DNA of 64,000 bases from Gammaproteobacteria bacterium (GTDB lineage Bacteria > Pseudomonadota > Gammaproteobacteria > Eutrophobiales > Eutrophobiaceae), in contig OZ242169.1 in the NCBI GenBank assembly GCA_965205405.1, positions 2,697,552 through 2,761,551 of the forward strand, given 5' to 3'. A program made the position numbers and the translations under genes. Numbering within the stretch: the stretch's first letter is position 1; the number at the start of each line of letters is the position of its first letter. Positions 43,998 to 54,213 of this stretch are shown piece by piece. The notes under the pieces were generated by a model, which did no database searches, was not told where the DNA came from, and worked only from the letters and a program-made list of their open reading frames with translations.

Positions 43998-44037
43998 CTG
44001 GAAAAAAACCGGGGGGTGTTAGATGGAGACAGTCGCT

Positions 44038-44535
44038 TTATTGGTTATAACGGCTAGCCAGGGATTTTATCCCCAGATTATGTTGTATTATTTTCAAGGT
44101 CCGTCTCAGGTGGTCGATATCCGCCTCATCAATATTTGCTAATGCATTGTCCCGGTGCAGCGTCGCAATAGGTAAAATAGATTCAAAAAGTTTATTACCT
44201 TTCCTGCTGAGCTTTACCTCAGTGATTCTAAGATCAGTTTTATTCTGGAATTTCTGCACAAGTCCATTTTCCTGCATCTCGGTAATAATACGGCTGATGA
44301 CCGGTTGTTTTATTGTTGTACATACAGATAGTTCGCTGATTGTGCTGCGCCCACCGCGGGATTTCAGACTGGACAATACGCACCATTCCTGATTGGATAT
44401 CTTTATAGGTCCCAGGTCACTACGAAAATTGTGGGTTAGCGCGTTATTTATTCTGAATATCAGGTAAGAAATTGTATCTTCGAGATATAAATCATCTTTA
44501 ATAGGTTGACGGCCAGTTTTCTTCTGAAAATGCAT
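44038..44535 (-). CDS. MarR-family regulator
   Basis: ISRIITEMQENGLV....DLR...VKLSRKG winged helix. Confidence 0.8.
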   Translation of the reverse strand: MHFQKKTGRQPIKDDLYLEDTISYLIFRINNALTHNFRSDLGPIKISNQEWCVLSSLKSRGGRSTISELSVCTTIKQPVISRIITEMQENGLVQKFQNKTDLRITEVKLSRKGNKLFESILPIATLHRDNALANIDEADIDHLRRTLKIIQHNLGIKSLASRYNQ

Positions 44536-45149
44536 AACTGATTTAAATTAGCTTTACAGCGTTTGCCGCGGTAAGTTGACGTAGCGGAGGTAATTTAACA
44601 CCAGTTACCTCAGTATCATCAGATACCGAGATGATCACCGTTCTTGATTCAAATATCCGCATAAAACTCCAACAAATACGGTATATGACGCGGTACGCTA
44701 CATCTCGCTAATACCACCACAACTACTACTTTGTAAAACAAAATCAGCCAATGCCTAATAAGGCGCGCAGGCTGCTGTCGGTCACAACTCACCCAGCCTT
44801 ACCGAGGAGCCGTAGGGCTAAACCGCAAGTGACCTCGTAGCTGAACTGGCTTCATTTCACCATAAACGTGAAAATGTATAGAATCCAGTTCATCATACGC
44901 TTGTAACTAATCAGAAAAGAAGAAGTTATTTATCAACATCAACTATCTTTCGGTTAATAGCTACATATAAATATCATATAACAAAAAATAAAATAAATCT
45001 AATAATATAAAATTTTGTTATATATATTATAGAATATACTATATCAATGAGCCGGATGCAGTCAGAAATCCAGTATGATGGAACAACAAAATGGCCCGAT
45101 TGAGCCCGGACATATTACGAGTAAGCAGCTCGGTGTGGAATTGGAGCGG

Positions 45150-46355
45150 TTATTTAAAACAGATTTTTTCAATTACCGTTGTGCCTACGCTGTCGCCCCA
45201 GACGTTTACGGTCGTTCTCAACCGATCCAGGAGCCAGTCCACGGCCAGTAACAGGCCGATGCCTTCTAGGGGCAGGCCCACGGCGGTAAGGACGATCACC
45301 ATGGTGACCAGACCTGCCTCTGGGATGCCGGCCGCACCTATCGCGGCCAGGGTGGCGGTAATAAAAATCACGACCTGGTCCATCGGCGCCATGTGAATAC
45401 CGTAAGCCTGGGCAATAAACATCACGGCCACGGCTTCGTACAGGGCGGTGCCGTCCATATTTACCGTGGCTCCCAGGGGCAGGACGAACTTGACGGCCCG
45501 TTTATCCACATTGGCTTCCAAAGCGCACTCCATCGTCAGGGGCAGGGTAGCCGAGGAACTGGCGGTACCGAATGCCGTTATCAGGGCTTTGGACATCGTA
45601 GTTATGAATTGACGCCCGCGCCGGCTGACGACAACCAGGATGGTCAACAGGATCATGAAATGCACGGTCAGCCCGATGATGACCGTCAACATGTATTTAC
45701 CCACTCCCGCTATTTCACGCCAGAAATGTTCTCCACCTCCGCTATCGCCAAGTTTGGATGAAATCAGGGCAAAAATACCGATAGGGGCGAAATACATGAT
45801 CCAGACGACGATTTTTATCATCACGTCGTTTAAACCATCGAAAAAGGCCAGCAAGGGTTTGCCCCGTTCCCCGACCGTAGTCAGGGCGACGGCGAACAGT
45901 ATGGAAAAGACGATCACTTCCAGCAGCTTGGTTTCAGCTGCCGCGGCAATGATATTGTCGCCTATCAGCGAGCGGATGATCTCCACGAAGCCGGTCTCTT
46001 CCTTGCCGCTGACCCGGTCGGGAACCACCTGGCTCACTTCGGTTATGCCGACGCCGGGCTGGATGATATTAACGATAATCAGCCCCACCAGGACGGCGAT
46101 AGCGGTGGTACAAAAATAGTACAGCACGGTGAACCCGCCTAGCCGCTGCAGTCCGCCTGAAGTCCCGCCAAGCGAAGCGATGCCGCTGATGACGGCGGCG
46201 ACGATGAGAGGGATGATGGTCATTTTCAACGCGTCCAGGAATAATTCTCCCACCCATTCTATGGCGGTCATCGAGTGACCGAAGAACCAGCCGCAAAATA
46301 TGCCGGCAACGGCGGAGAAAAGTATTGCCCATAGCAACCAGTTGTTTTTGTGCAT
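45150..46355 (-). CDS. Dicarboxylate/amino acid:cation symporter (DAACS)
   Basis: TASSSATLP, GATVNMDGTALY, DRLRTTVNVWGD. Confidence 0.92.
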   Translation of the reverse strand: MHKNNWLLWAILFSAVAGIFCGWFFGHSMTAIEWVGELFLDALKMTIIPLIVAAVISGIASLGGTSGGLQRLGGFTVLYYFCTTAIAVLVGLIIVNIIQPGVGITEVSQVVPDRVSGKEETGFVEIIRSLIGDNIIAAAAETKLLEVIVFSILFAVALTTVGERGKPLLAFFDGLNDVMIKIVVWIMYFAPIGIFALISSKLGDSGGGEHFWREIAGVGKYMLTVIIGLTVHFMILLTILVVVSRRGRQFITTMSKALITAFGTASSSATLPLTMECALEANVDKRAVKFVLPLGATVNMDGTALYEAVAVMFIAQAYGIHMAPMDQVVIFITATLAAIGAAGIPEAGLVTMVIVLTAVGLPLEGIGLLLAVDWLLDRLRTTVNVWGDSVGTTVIEKICFK

Positions 46356-46421
46356 AGTCGATGAATCCTTTATGTTCGGTTATGGAAGAACGATCTGTGA
46401 CAGACTGGAATCAGTTATGAA

Positions 46422-47207
46422 CTATTCCTTTCCCTCGCTGCCGGTCACATTGTAACCGCAATCGGCATAGGTAATCTCTCCGGTAACAGCGGATGCGTAA
46501 TCGGAACACAGGAACGCAGCCACGTTGCCGACTTCTTCAATGGTGACGTTCCTGCGCAGAGGAGAGACCTGTTCGACGTGGTTGAGAAACCCCCTGAGCC
46601 CCTTGATGCCTGACGCTGCCAGGGTCCGGATAGGCCCCGCCGAGATGGCATTGACGCGAATGCCCTCCGGCCCGAGACTGGCAGCCATGTAACGCACGTT
46701 GGCCTCAAGACTTGCCTTGGCTATTCCCATCACGTTGTAATTCGGCATGGCCCTGACCGAGCCGATATAGGTGAGGGTCAGCATGGCGGCATCCCGCCCT
46801 TGCATCATCGGACGGGCCGCTTTACCCAGCGCGGCAAAACTATAGGCGCTGATATCGTGGGCTGTAAGAAAACCTTCCCGGGAGACACTGCTCAGGTAAT
46901 CACCTTCAAGCAGTTCCCGATCTGCGTAAGCGACGGAATGTACCAGTATGTCCAGGTGCGGCCAGTGCTCATTCAGTCGTGTAAACACGTCCTGGATTGC
47001 CGCATCGTCGGCCACGTCACAGGGCAGGGTAATTTTCGATCCCGCTTCTGCGGCGAACTTCTCAACCCGCCCTTGCAGTTTTTCATTCTGGTAGGTAAAC
47101 GCAAGCTCCGCCCCTTCCCGGTGCATCGCTTTGGCTATCCCCCAGGCAATCGAACGATTGCTGGCCACACCGATAATCAATGCGCGTTTACCGGTTAACA
47201 AACCCAT
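46422..47207 (-). CDS. fabI: Enoyl-ACP reductase
   Basis: [45 protein letters not shown]. Confidence 0.96.
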   Translation of the reverse strand: MGLLTGKRALIIGVASNRSIAWGIAKAMHREGAELAFTYQNEKLQGRVEKFAAEAGSKITLPCDVADDAAIQDVFTRLNEHWPHLDILVHSVAYADRELLEGDYLSSVSREGFLTAHDISAYSFAALGKAARPMMQGRDAAMLTLTYIGSVRAMPNYNVMGIAKASLEANVRYMAASLGPEGIRVNAISAGPIRTLAASGIKGLRGFLNHVEQVSPLRRNVTIEEVGNVAAFLCSDYASAVTGEITYADCGYNVTGSEGKE

Positions 47208-47302
47208 GCTTGACTCCTGTTTATCTGTTTTCCCATGGAGATTATTTTGCCACGCATTGATTGATTTGTACAAACGAGTTTAGCCACAGAGGCCACAGAG
47301 AT

Positions 47303-47388
47303 GATATTTGGGGTCAGAGTAAAAATACCCAATAAAAACCTGGAGCACATACCAAGCCAAGTGTATTTTTACTCTGACCCCAAATATC
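47303..47388. repeat. GGGGTCAG MITE/REPIN-like element
   Basis: 26-bp perfect IR GATATTTGGGGTCAGAGTAAAAATAC. Confidence 0.9.
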
Positions 47389-48234
47389 TTACCGGTCGCG
47401 GACATCAAGGGCGTCGCGCAGGCCGTCGCCGAGAAAGTTGAGTGAAAACAACGTCAGTGACAGTACCAGCGCGGGGAAGATCAGCAACCAGGGATATTCC
47501 TCCATGGTTTCCACCCCGTAGGAGATGAGCAAACCCCAGGAGCTTTGCGGCGGCTGAATGCCCAGGCCCAGGAAACTCAGGAAGGATTCCAGCAGGATCA
47601 CATTGGGTACGGTCAAGGTGGCATATACGATCACCGGTCCCATCACGTTGGGTATAACGTGCTTGACGATGATCTGAAATCTGGACAGACCCAGACTGAC
47701 AGCCGCTTCGACAAAGTCTTTCTGTTTCACGATCATTACCTGGCCACGCACGATACGCGCCATGGTCAACCACTCCACCGCACCGATGGCGAGGAACAGA
47801 AGGATAATATTTCTGCCGAATACCACCATCAGCAGGATTATAAAAATAGTGAACGGCAAAGCATAGAGAACGTCAACAAACCGCATCATCAGGGCGTCAA
47901 TACGACCACCCAGATAGCCGGCCAGCGCGCCCCAGGACACACCAATGAGCAGCGCGACGGCAGTGGCGATAAAACCTACGGCGAGTGAGATGCGGCTGCC
48001 GTAGAGAATCCTGGTCAACAGGTCGCGCCCGAACAAGTCACTACCGAGCCAGTGCAGCGCTGAAGGCGAACTGGGACCCAACTCAAGGTTCTGTCCCGAA
48101 TAGGAATAGGGTGTAATCCAGGGCGCCAGGACGGAGAGGACAATAAAAACCCCCAGGACGACTAATCCGAACATGGCCGGCTTGTTCTTCTTCAGCTTCC
48201 TCCAGGCATCCTGGCGTGGTGACGTGCTAACCAT
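47389..48234 (-). CDS. oppC: Oligopeptide ABC permease
   Basis: HWLGSDLFGRD, EAAVSLG, ESFLSFLGLG, GDGLRDALD. Confidence 0.88.
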   Translation of the reverse strand: MVSTSPRQDAWRKLKKNKPAMFGLVVLGVFIVLSVLAPWITPYSYSGQNLELGPSSPSALHWLGSDLFGRDLLTRILYGSRISLAVGFIATAVALLIGVSWGALAGYLGGRIDALMMRFVDVLYALPFTIFIILLMVVFGRNIILLFLAIGAVEWLTMARIVRGQVMIVKQKDFVEAAVSLGLSRFQIIVKHVIPNVMGPVIVYATLTVPNVILLESFLSFLGLGIQPPQSSWGLLISYGVETMEEYPWLLIFPALVLSLTLFSLNFLGDGLRDALDVRDR

Positions 48235-49159
48235 TAATGGTCTCCTGCCGTACCTTGGGATCGAGCCAGGCCAGCATCACGTCGGCGATCAGGTTGAACA
48301 GGATGATCAGTGAAGCAAATAACAGGGTCACACCCAGGATCAAAGTGTAGTCCCGGTTGAATGCGCCCTGGACGAAATAGCGGCCCAGACCGGGTATCTG
48401 GAATATGGTTTCCACTACAAAAGAACCGCTGAGCAAGCCTGCCAGCGCCGGTCCCATGAAAGACACCACGGGTAGTAATCCCACCCGCATGGCATGGCGG
48501 AATATGATGATCGATTCGGACATCCCCTTGGCCCGGGCCGTGCGGATAAAGTCCCGTGACAGTGTTTCCAGCATACCGCCCCGGCTCAGCCGGGCGATAT
48601 AGGCGGCATAGACCGAGCCCAGGGTGACGGAGGGCAGTATCTTGTCTCCCGGGATCAATTCCCAGCCGGCAACCGGCAGCCACTCCAGCCAGATGCCGAA
48701 GACCAGGACCAGTAACGGACCGAGTACGTAGGCGGGCAGGCAAATACCCATGGTAGCAAACGTCATGGGGAGGTAGTCCCGCCAGGTATTCGGGCTTAAG
48801 GCGGCGCAGACGCCGCTGCCGACCCCGATGAGCAGGGCGAACAGCAGGGCGTAACAACCCAGTTCCAGCGTGACGGGGAAACCGGTGGCGATGATCTCAT
48901 TCACCGATCTGCCGGGATATTTAAAGGACGGTCCCAGATCTCCCTGAATGGCATGCTTTAGGTAATCATAAAACTGGACGTGAATCGGCTGGTCCAGCTT
49001 GTAACGTTCGTTCAGGTGTTTCAGGATTTCCGCAGGCACCGCTTTCTCCGCAGCAAACGGACCACCCGGCGCCGCATGGATAAGCAGGAAGGTGATGACG
49101 CTGACAGCCAGCAGTACCGGAATAGCCTGGAGCAGACGTTTGAGTATGAATTTAACCAT
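48227..49159 (-). CDS. oppB: Oligopeptide ABC permease
   Basis: APGGPF, GDLGPSF, RTARAKG, VETIFQIPGLG. Confidence 0.88.
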   Translation of the reverse strand: MVKFILKRLLQAIPVLLAVSVITFLLIHAAPGGPFAAEKAVPAEILKHLNERYKLDQPIHVQFYDYLKHAIQGDLGPSFKYPGRSVNEIIATGFPVTLELGCYALLFALLIGVGSGVCAALSPNTWRDYLPMTFATMGICLPAYVLGPLLVLVFGIWLEWLPVAGWELIPGDKILPSVTLGSVYAAYIARLSRGGMLETLSRDFIRTARAKGMSESIIIFRHAMRVGLLPVVSFMGPALAGLLSGSFVVETIFQIPGLGRYFVQGAFNRDYTLILGVTLLFASLIILFNLIADVMLAWLDPKVRQETING

Positions 49160-49160
49160 A

Positions 49161-50819
49161 CTAGGGCATTATTTTAGCTGCATCATCAGCGGCTGGGAGT
49201 AGGGAAATATATTTGTACGGGTGGATGTCCAGGATATTCGGATACCAGCCGTTTACGTCCGGTGAGACCAGTGATTTGCTCACGTAAGTGTATATGGGCA
49301 TGATGGGCAGTTCGGTCATTAAAATTGCTTCTGCCTCCTGTAACAGGGCATAGCGGCTTTCCTGCTCGATGGTACCGGCGGTTTGCGCCAGCAGTTCATC
49401 GTAGCGTTGGTTCGACCAGCCCGTGTCGTTATTGCCGCTGGATGAGGTATACATGTTCAGAAAAGTATTGGGGTCCAGGTAATCACCGATCCAGCCGGCC
49501 CGTGCTATTTGATAATCCTGGGCATCACGTTTATCCAGGTATACTTTCCAATCCTGGTTCAGCAGGGTGATGTTGACGTTCAGGTTGGTTTTCCACATTT
49601 GCTGCAAGGCTATGGCGATCCGGCGGTGCCCCTCGGAGGTGTTGTACATCAACTCGATGGTGGGTAAACCCTCACCGCCGGGGTAACCGGCTTCGGCCAG
49701 CAGGGCCCTGGCCCGTTCCACGTCGTAGTCCAGTTGCGCTCGTGCCGTGTAGCCGTTCGTATCAGGCGGGGTGTAACTGAAGGCGGGAAGCTCTCCCGCT
49801 TTGGTGATTTTATCCACGATCTGTTGCCGATCAATAGACATGGCCAGGGCCTGCCGCACTTTTTGCCGGTCCAGCGGTGGGGCGCCGGTGTTGAACATAT
49901 AATAGTACGTGGAAAAATAAGGAAAGATTTTCAATGCCTCCGGTCTCTCTTTCAGGTAGTGCGCTACCTTATCCACCGGCGCGCTGCCGGTAATGTGTAA
50001 CTGCCCGGCGCGGAACATGCGTTCTTCCGTAGTTACATTCTGGATCGGATAGAAAATAATCTGCTCCAGCTTCACGCTGTCTGCGTCCCAGTAATACTCG
50101 TTTTTTTCAACAACGATACTCCTGTTCAGCACCCATTCCTTCAGCTTGAAAGGACCGTTGCCCACGTGATTCCCCGGGCGGGTCCATAAGGTGCCGCGTT
50201 CGTCTGCCGCGCCAAATGCTTCGATGGTTGCGGGATGAACGGGGAAATAACTCATGTGTGTCAGTAATTGGAGAAAAAAAGGCGTCGGGTTCTCCAACTC
50301 AACCTTCAGGGTCCAATCATCCGGAGCTTTGACTCCCACTTCGGAAAAATCCGTTATCTCTCCCTGGTGAAATCTCTCCGCGTTCTTCAGGTAATACAGC
50401 ATATATGCGTAGTTGTTTCCGAGAGCGGGCAGCAGCGCCCGGCGCCAGGAATAGACAAAATCAGCGGCTGTTACCGGGTCGCCGTTAGACCATTTTGCGT
50501 CTTCCCGCAGGTGGAAAATATAGGTTTTGCCGTCTTTGCTCTCCTGCCAGGAGCGGGCAACGCCGGGTATGATATGCAGGTCTTCAGGATGCTGGGCCAG
50601 CAGCCCTTCGAGCAGGGCCTGGCACAGCTTGGCCTCGATGTTTCCCGTGACAATATGCGGGTCAAGCTCCTGGGGTTCATCGCCATTCCCGATATGCAGT
50701 ATGCCCTGGCGCGTTCCGCTGGAGACATTGGATTCATAATCGAAGCTGCAAGAGACGCTCAGGAACAATGCAGAAAGAAGACAGGCCGTCAAGCCGGTTC
50801 TACCCGTCTGCATCGTCAT
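49161..50819 (-). CDS. oppA: Oligopeptide ABC substrate-binding lipoprotein
   Basis: Lipobox Cys, EPQELDP, AKWSNGDPVTAADFVYSW, RAGWIGDY. Confidence 0.88.
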   Translation of the reverse strand: MTMQTGRTGLTACLLSALFLSVSCSFDYESNVSSGTRQGILHIGNGDEPQELDPHIVTGNIEAKLCQALLEGLLAQHPEDLHIIPGVARSWQESKDGKTYIFHLREDAKWSNGDPVTAADFVYSWRRALLPALGNNYAYMLYYLKNAERFHQGEITDFSEVGVKAPDDWTLKVELENPTPFFLQLLTHMSYFPVHPATIEAFGAADERGTLWTRPGNHVGNGPFKLKEWVLNRSIVVEKNEYYWDADSVKLEQIIFYPIQNVTTEERMFRAGQLHITGSAPVDKVAHYLKERPEALKIFPYFSTYYYMFNTGAPPLDRQKVRQALAMSIDRQQIVDKITKAGELPAFSYTPPDTNGYTARAQLDYDVERARALLAEAGYPGGEGLPTIELMYNTSEGHRRIAIALQQMWKTNLNVNITLLNQDWKVYLDKRDAQDYQIARAGWIGDYLDPNTFLNMYTSSSGNNDTGWSNQRYDELLAQTAGTIEQESRYALLQEAEAILMTELPIMPIYTYVSKSLVSPDVNGWYPNILDIHPYKYISLLPAADDAAKIMP

Positions 50820-52489
50820 TTCCCACCCCGCATGCGCCGCCGGCGCTCCAGGTCGCCGGGGACAGGAACGGCATCCAGCAGTGTCCGGGTATATTCGTGT
50901 TGCGGGTTGAAGATGACGTCCTCTGTTCTGCCGCGCTCAACCACTTTACCTGCGTGCATGACCAGTATCTGCTCGGACAGTTGCCTGACGACACTCAAGT
51001 CATGGGAGATGAACAGGTAGGCAATGCCGTATCTTGCCTGCAGTCGGCGCAATAAATCGATGATCTGTGCCTGTATGGTCACGTCCAGGGCGCTGACGGC
51101 CTCGTCGCAAACGATGAATTTCGGTTCAAGTGACAGTGCCCGGGCAATACTGATACGCTGGCGTTCGCCGCCGGAAAACTCAAACGGGTAGCGGTTGACC
51201 ATATCCGCCCTCAGTTCAACCTCCTCAAGCAGTTGCACGGCTTTATCCTGTTTCGCCATGTCCAGCAAACCATGTTCCTTGAGCCCCTCCGTCAGTATGT
51301 CCACGACGGTCATGCGCGGGTTCAATGATGAGTAAGGGTCCTGGAAAATCATCTGCAGGTTGCGGCGCCAGGGTTTCATACGGTTTTTCTTCAGGCCGCC
51401 TATTTCCGTGTCATCAAAGACTATACTGCCGTCATTGATGGCTTGCAGGCCGATAATTGCCCGTCCCAGGGTGGTTTTCCCTGAGCCCGATTCCCCCACC
51501 AGGCCCACCGTTGAGCCCCTGGCAATGGCCAGGTCAATATCGTCAACGGCCTTGACATGGCCGGTCGTGCGTGCGAGCAAGCCTCTTTTAACCGGGAACC
51601 AGACGCGCAGGTTTTTTACCCGGATTAATCCATCCTTTCCATTCGCTGCTTTCGTTCCTCTGCCATTCGCTCTCACTGCGCCTTCCTTCGTATCGTACAG
51701 CCGCGGCACCGCTTGCAGCAACGAACGTGTATACTCATGGGCAGGCGCACTGAAAATGGGTTCGATCGCACCGCGTTCAACTACCCTGGAGTCTTTCATC
51801 ACGTAGACCCGGTCGCATACCTCCCAGACTACTGCCAGGTCGTGGGTGATCAGCAGCATGGACGTGTCTTCATCCTTCATGCTCATCAACAACCTGAAAA
51901 TCTGCGCCTGCACCGTCACGTCCAGAGCGGTGGAGGGTTCGTCAGCGATGATCAGCTGCGGTTTCAGCATCAGGGCCATGGCAATCATGACGCGCTGGCG
52001 CATACCGCCGGACAAATGATGGGGATAAAACGACATCCGCTGCTGCGCGTCGGGGAGGCCTACCTTCTCCAGCCATTCCGTACCGAGTTTCCAGGCCGCT
52101 TCCCGGTCCATGTCGGTATGAAAGCGCAACATCTCGCTGAGTTGTTGGCCGACCTTGTGCAGCGGCGACAGCGCAGTCATCGGTTCCTGGAATATCATAC
52201 TGATTTCCGCCCCGCGGATTTGCCTGAGGCGCTCGATGGGCAGCGTCAGCAGATTTTCACCGTTGAAGACAGCCTTGCCCTTGACGAAGCGCGCCGGCGG
52301 GCGCGGGACAAGTCGCAGGATGCTCTGCGCGGTCACGGTCTTACCGGAGCCGGATTCTCCCACCAGTCCGACAATCTCGCCTCTCCGGATATCCAGGCTG
52401 ACGTCGTTGACCGCCTCGACAATGCCTTCATCGGTGTCGAAATGCACCGTGAGATCGTTGACGGACAGCAGTTTTTTGGATGATTTCAT
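50816..52489 (-). CDS. Fused double-domain peptide ABC ATPase (YejF-like)
   Basis: Two GESGSGKT Walker A motifs and two SGG signature motifs; start at ATG 52489. Confidence 0.88.
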   Translation of the reverse strand: MKSSKKLLSVNDLTVHFDTDEGIVEAVNDVSLDIRRGEIVGLVGESGSGKTVTAQSILRLVPRPPARFVKGKAVFNGENLLTLPIERLRQIRGAEISMIFQEPMTALSPLHKVGQQLSEMLRFHTDMDREAAWKLGTEWLEKVGLPDAQQRMSFYPHHLSGGMRQRVMIAMALMLKPQLIIADEPSTALDVTVQAQIFRLLMSMKDEDTSMLLITHDLAVVWEVCDRVYVMKDSRVVERGAIEPIFSAPAHEYTRSLLQAVPRLYDTKEGAVRANGRGTKAANGKDGLIRVKNLRVWFPVKRGLLARTTGHVKAVDDIDLAIARGSTVGLVGESGSGKTTLGRAIIGLQAINDGSIVFDDTEIGGLKKNRMKPWRRNLQMIFQDPYSSLNPRMTVVDILTEGLKEHGLLDMAKQDKAVQLLEEVELRADMVNRYPFEFSGGERQRISIARALSLEPKFIVCDEAVSALDVTIQAQIIDLLRRLQARYGIAYLFISHDLSVVRQLSEQILVMHAGKVVERGRTEDVIFNPQHEYTRTLLDAVPVPGDLERRRRMRGGK

Positions 52490-52500
52490 GTTAATTCCCG

Positions 52501-54105
52501 TCACTCCAGCCGCGTAAATTTCCGGGGGTCGAAGGCATTGCGCACACCCTCGCCGATAAAAACACACAGGAGGATTACCAGGAACAAAGCCAGGCTCGGA
52601 TACAAAATCAGCCACCAGTAGGCCTGTCCCTGCGCTTGCGCCAGTAACTGTCCCCAACTGGCGGTGGGTGGAGGCAGGCCGAAACCCAGGTAATCAAGCG
52701 CTGCCAGCGTGCCGATGGCGCCGACCAGGGAAAAGGGAAAGAATGTTGTCAGCGGCACCAGCGCATTGGGCAATATGTGTCGGAACAGGATTTTCCGGTC
52801 CGGCAACCCGAGACACTGGGCAGCTTCGACAAACTGCTGGTTGCGCAGGCGCAGGAATTCGGCGCGCATGTAATAGGAGATGCCTATCCAGTTGAACAAA
52901 CCGTAGACAATGAGTAACAGTATGAAACTACTGCCGTACACCGAGCCCAGCAGTATCAGGACGTACAGGAACGGCAGCGCCTCCCAGATCTCGGTCAGAC
53001 GCTGGCCGGTCAGGTCAAATTTCCCGCCGTAGTAGCCCTGGACTGCGCCGATGATCGTGCCGATAACCATGGAAGTAACGACCAGCAGCAGGCCGAAATT
53101 GAGCGATATTCGCAAGCCGTAGAAGATGCGCGCCAGCACGTCCCGGCCGGAATCGTCCAGTCCGAAAAGGTGGGGGCCGACCGGACGGAATGGAAAGCGC
53201 ACGTCTTCCTTGATGAATTTTATCCGGTAGTTGATGCCGTCATGCTCCAGACGCAGGTCACCGACGGGAGCCGACAGGCGCGCCCTGGCCCTGTTGCGGA
53301 TATCGTCTCTGCGTGCTGCCGTGAGTTCGTTCCACAAGCCGCTGCGGATGCTGGCAAGCCCGTCTTCCGGGGTATACAGCCAACTCTCTTCCAGGTTTTC
53401 TCCGACGGCTTCCCGCAGCAGTACCCGTACCGTGTCCGGACTCCTGCTGCGTGGTTTGTAGGGAGACAGGCTGAGATCAACCTGCGCCGCTTCCGGAACC
53501 GATGGGTACACCTGTGAATAGGGTCCGGCCGGCTGATTGGCAAATCTTTGTTTCAGCGCCTCGATAAAAGGCTCAGGGATGGTATAGAAGCTTTGAAAAT
53601 ATAATCCTTCAATGGGCCCTTCAATTGTCATATCACCCTGGCGGAAAAACCACTGCGCCCGCTGCTGACGGCGTATGATGAAATCGATGTCGATATTGAC
53701 CGAGGCAACCCGGGGCTCCCGTTGCACATGTATTTCCACCTGGTTATCAACCGGGATGGAGGAGGCCTTGATAATCTCCTGGGGACCGAAAGGCACCAGT
53801 GGAAATATCATGAAATTATCGTCGTTTTCAGTAAACGCGGGAGTAGCATCGATCGACTTGTAGTCCGGACGGGTTAATAAACCGTTCCCCGTGAAGGTGT
53901 CCTCGGGATAAAAGAAAAAAACCGGGAAATAGGATTCATTTTCATACCGTACGTATAGCGGACGGTCGTTGCATAGCACCTCTGCGACCAGGCTCGTCAG
54001 GTACAGAATTAGGATTATCAGCAACGAATACCAGGCGCGCTTGTACTCGCGAAAGCGCTGCAGGCGCTTGCGAGTAATCGGATCAAACCAGCCGGCCATG
54101 CTCAT
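52501..54105 (-). CDS. Peptide ABC permease (YejE-like) with large periplasmic insertion
   Basis: NDRPL, GRDVLARIFYGLRISL, ALDYLGFGLPP, GEGVRNAFDP; 534 aa. Confidence 0.82.
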   Translation of the reverse strand: MSMAGWFDPITRKRLQRFREYKRAWYSLLIILILYLTSLVAEVLCNDRPLYVRYENESYFPVFFFYPEDTFTGNGLLTRPDYKSIDATPAFTENDDNFMIFPLVPFGPQEIIKASSIPVDNQVEIHVQREPRVASVNIDIDFIIRRQQRAQWFFRQGDMTIEGPIEGLYFQSFYTIPEPFIEALKQRFANQPAGPYSQVYPSVPEAAQVDLSLSPYKPRSRSPDTVRVLLREAVGENLEESWLYTPEDGLASIRSGLWNELTAARRDDIRNRARARLSAPVGDLRLEHDGINYRIKFIKEDVRFPFRPVGPHLFGLDDSGRDVLARIFYGLRISLNFGLLLVVTSMVIGTIIGAVQGYYGGKFDLTGQRLTEIWEALPFLYVLILLGSVYGSSFILLLIVYGLFNWIGISYYMRAEFLRLRNQQFVEAAQCLGLPDRKILFRHILPNALVPLTTFFPFSLVGAIGTLAALDYLGFGLPPPTASWGQLLAQAQGQAYWWLILYPSLALFLVILLCVFIGEGVRNAFDPRKFTRLE

Positions 54106-54119
54106 GCGTCAAAAAAACC

Positions 54120-54194
54120 TGGGGTCAGAGTAAAAATTCGTCGTGCTCTTGGGGTCAGAGTAAGAAATTCGTCAGAATTTTTACTCTGACCCCA
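54120..54194. repeat. GGGGTCAG element with duplicated left arm
   Basis: Two TGGGGTCAGAGTAA.AAATTCGTC arms and one inverted arm; flanked by near-identical 16-mers at 54099 and 54211. Confidence 0.85.
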
Positions 54195-54213
54195 TAAATC
54201 CATATATCTTTGC

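Noticed and set aside
44753-44855. Possible integron attC site or ncRNA in the long MarR upstream region
   Set aside because: GCCTAATAAGGCG resembles an attC start, but there is no matching GTTRRRY end or convincing pairing; left unexplained.
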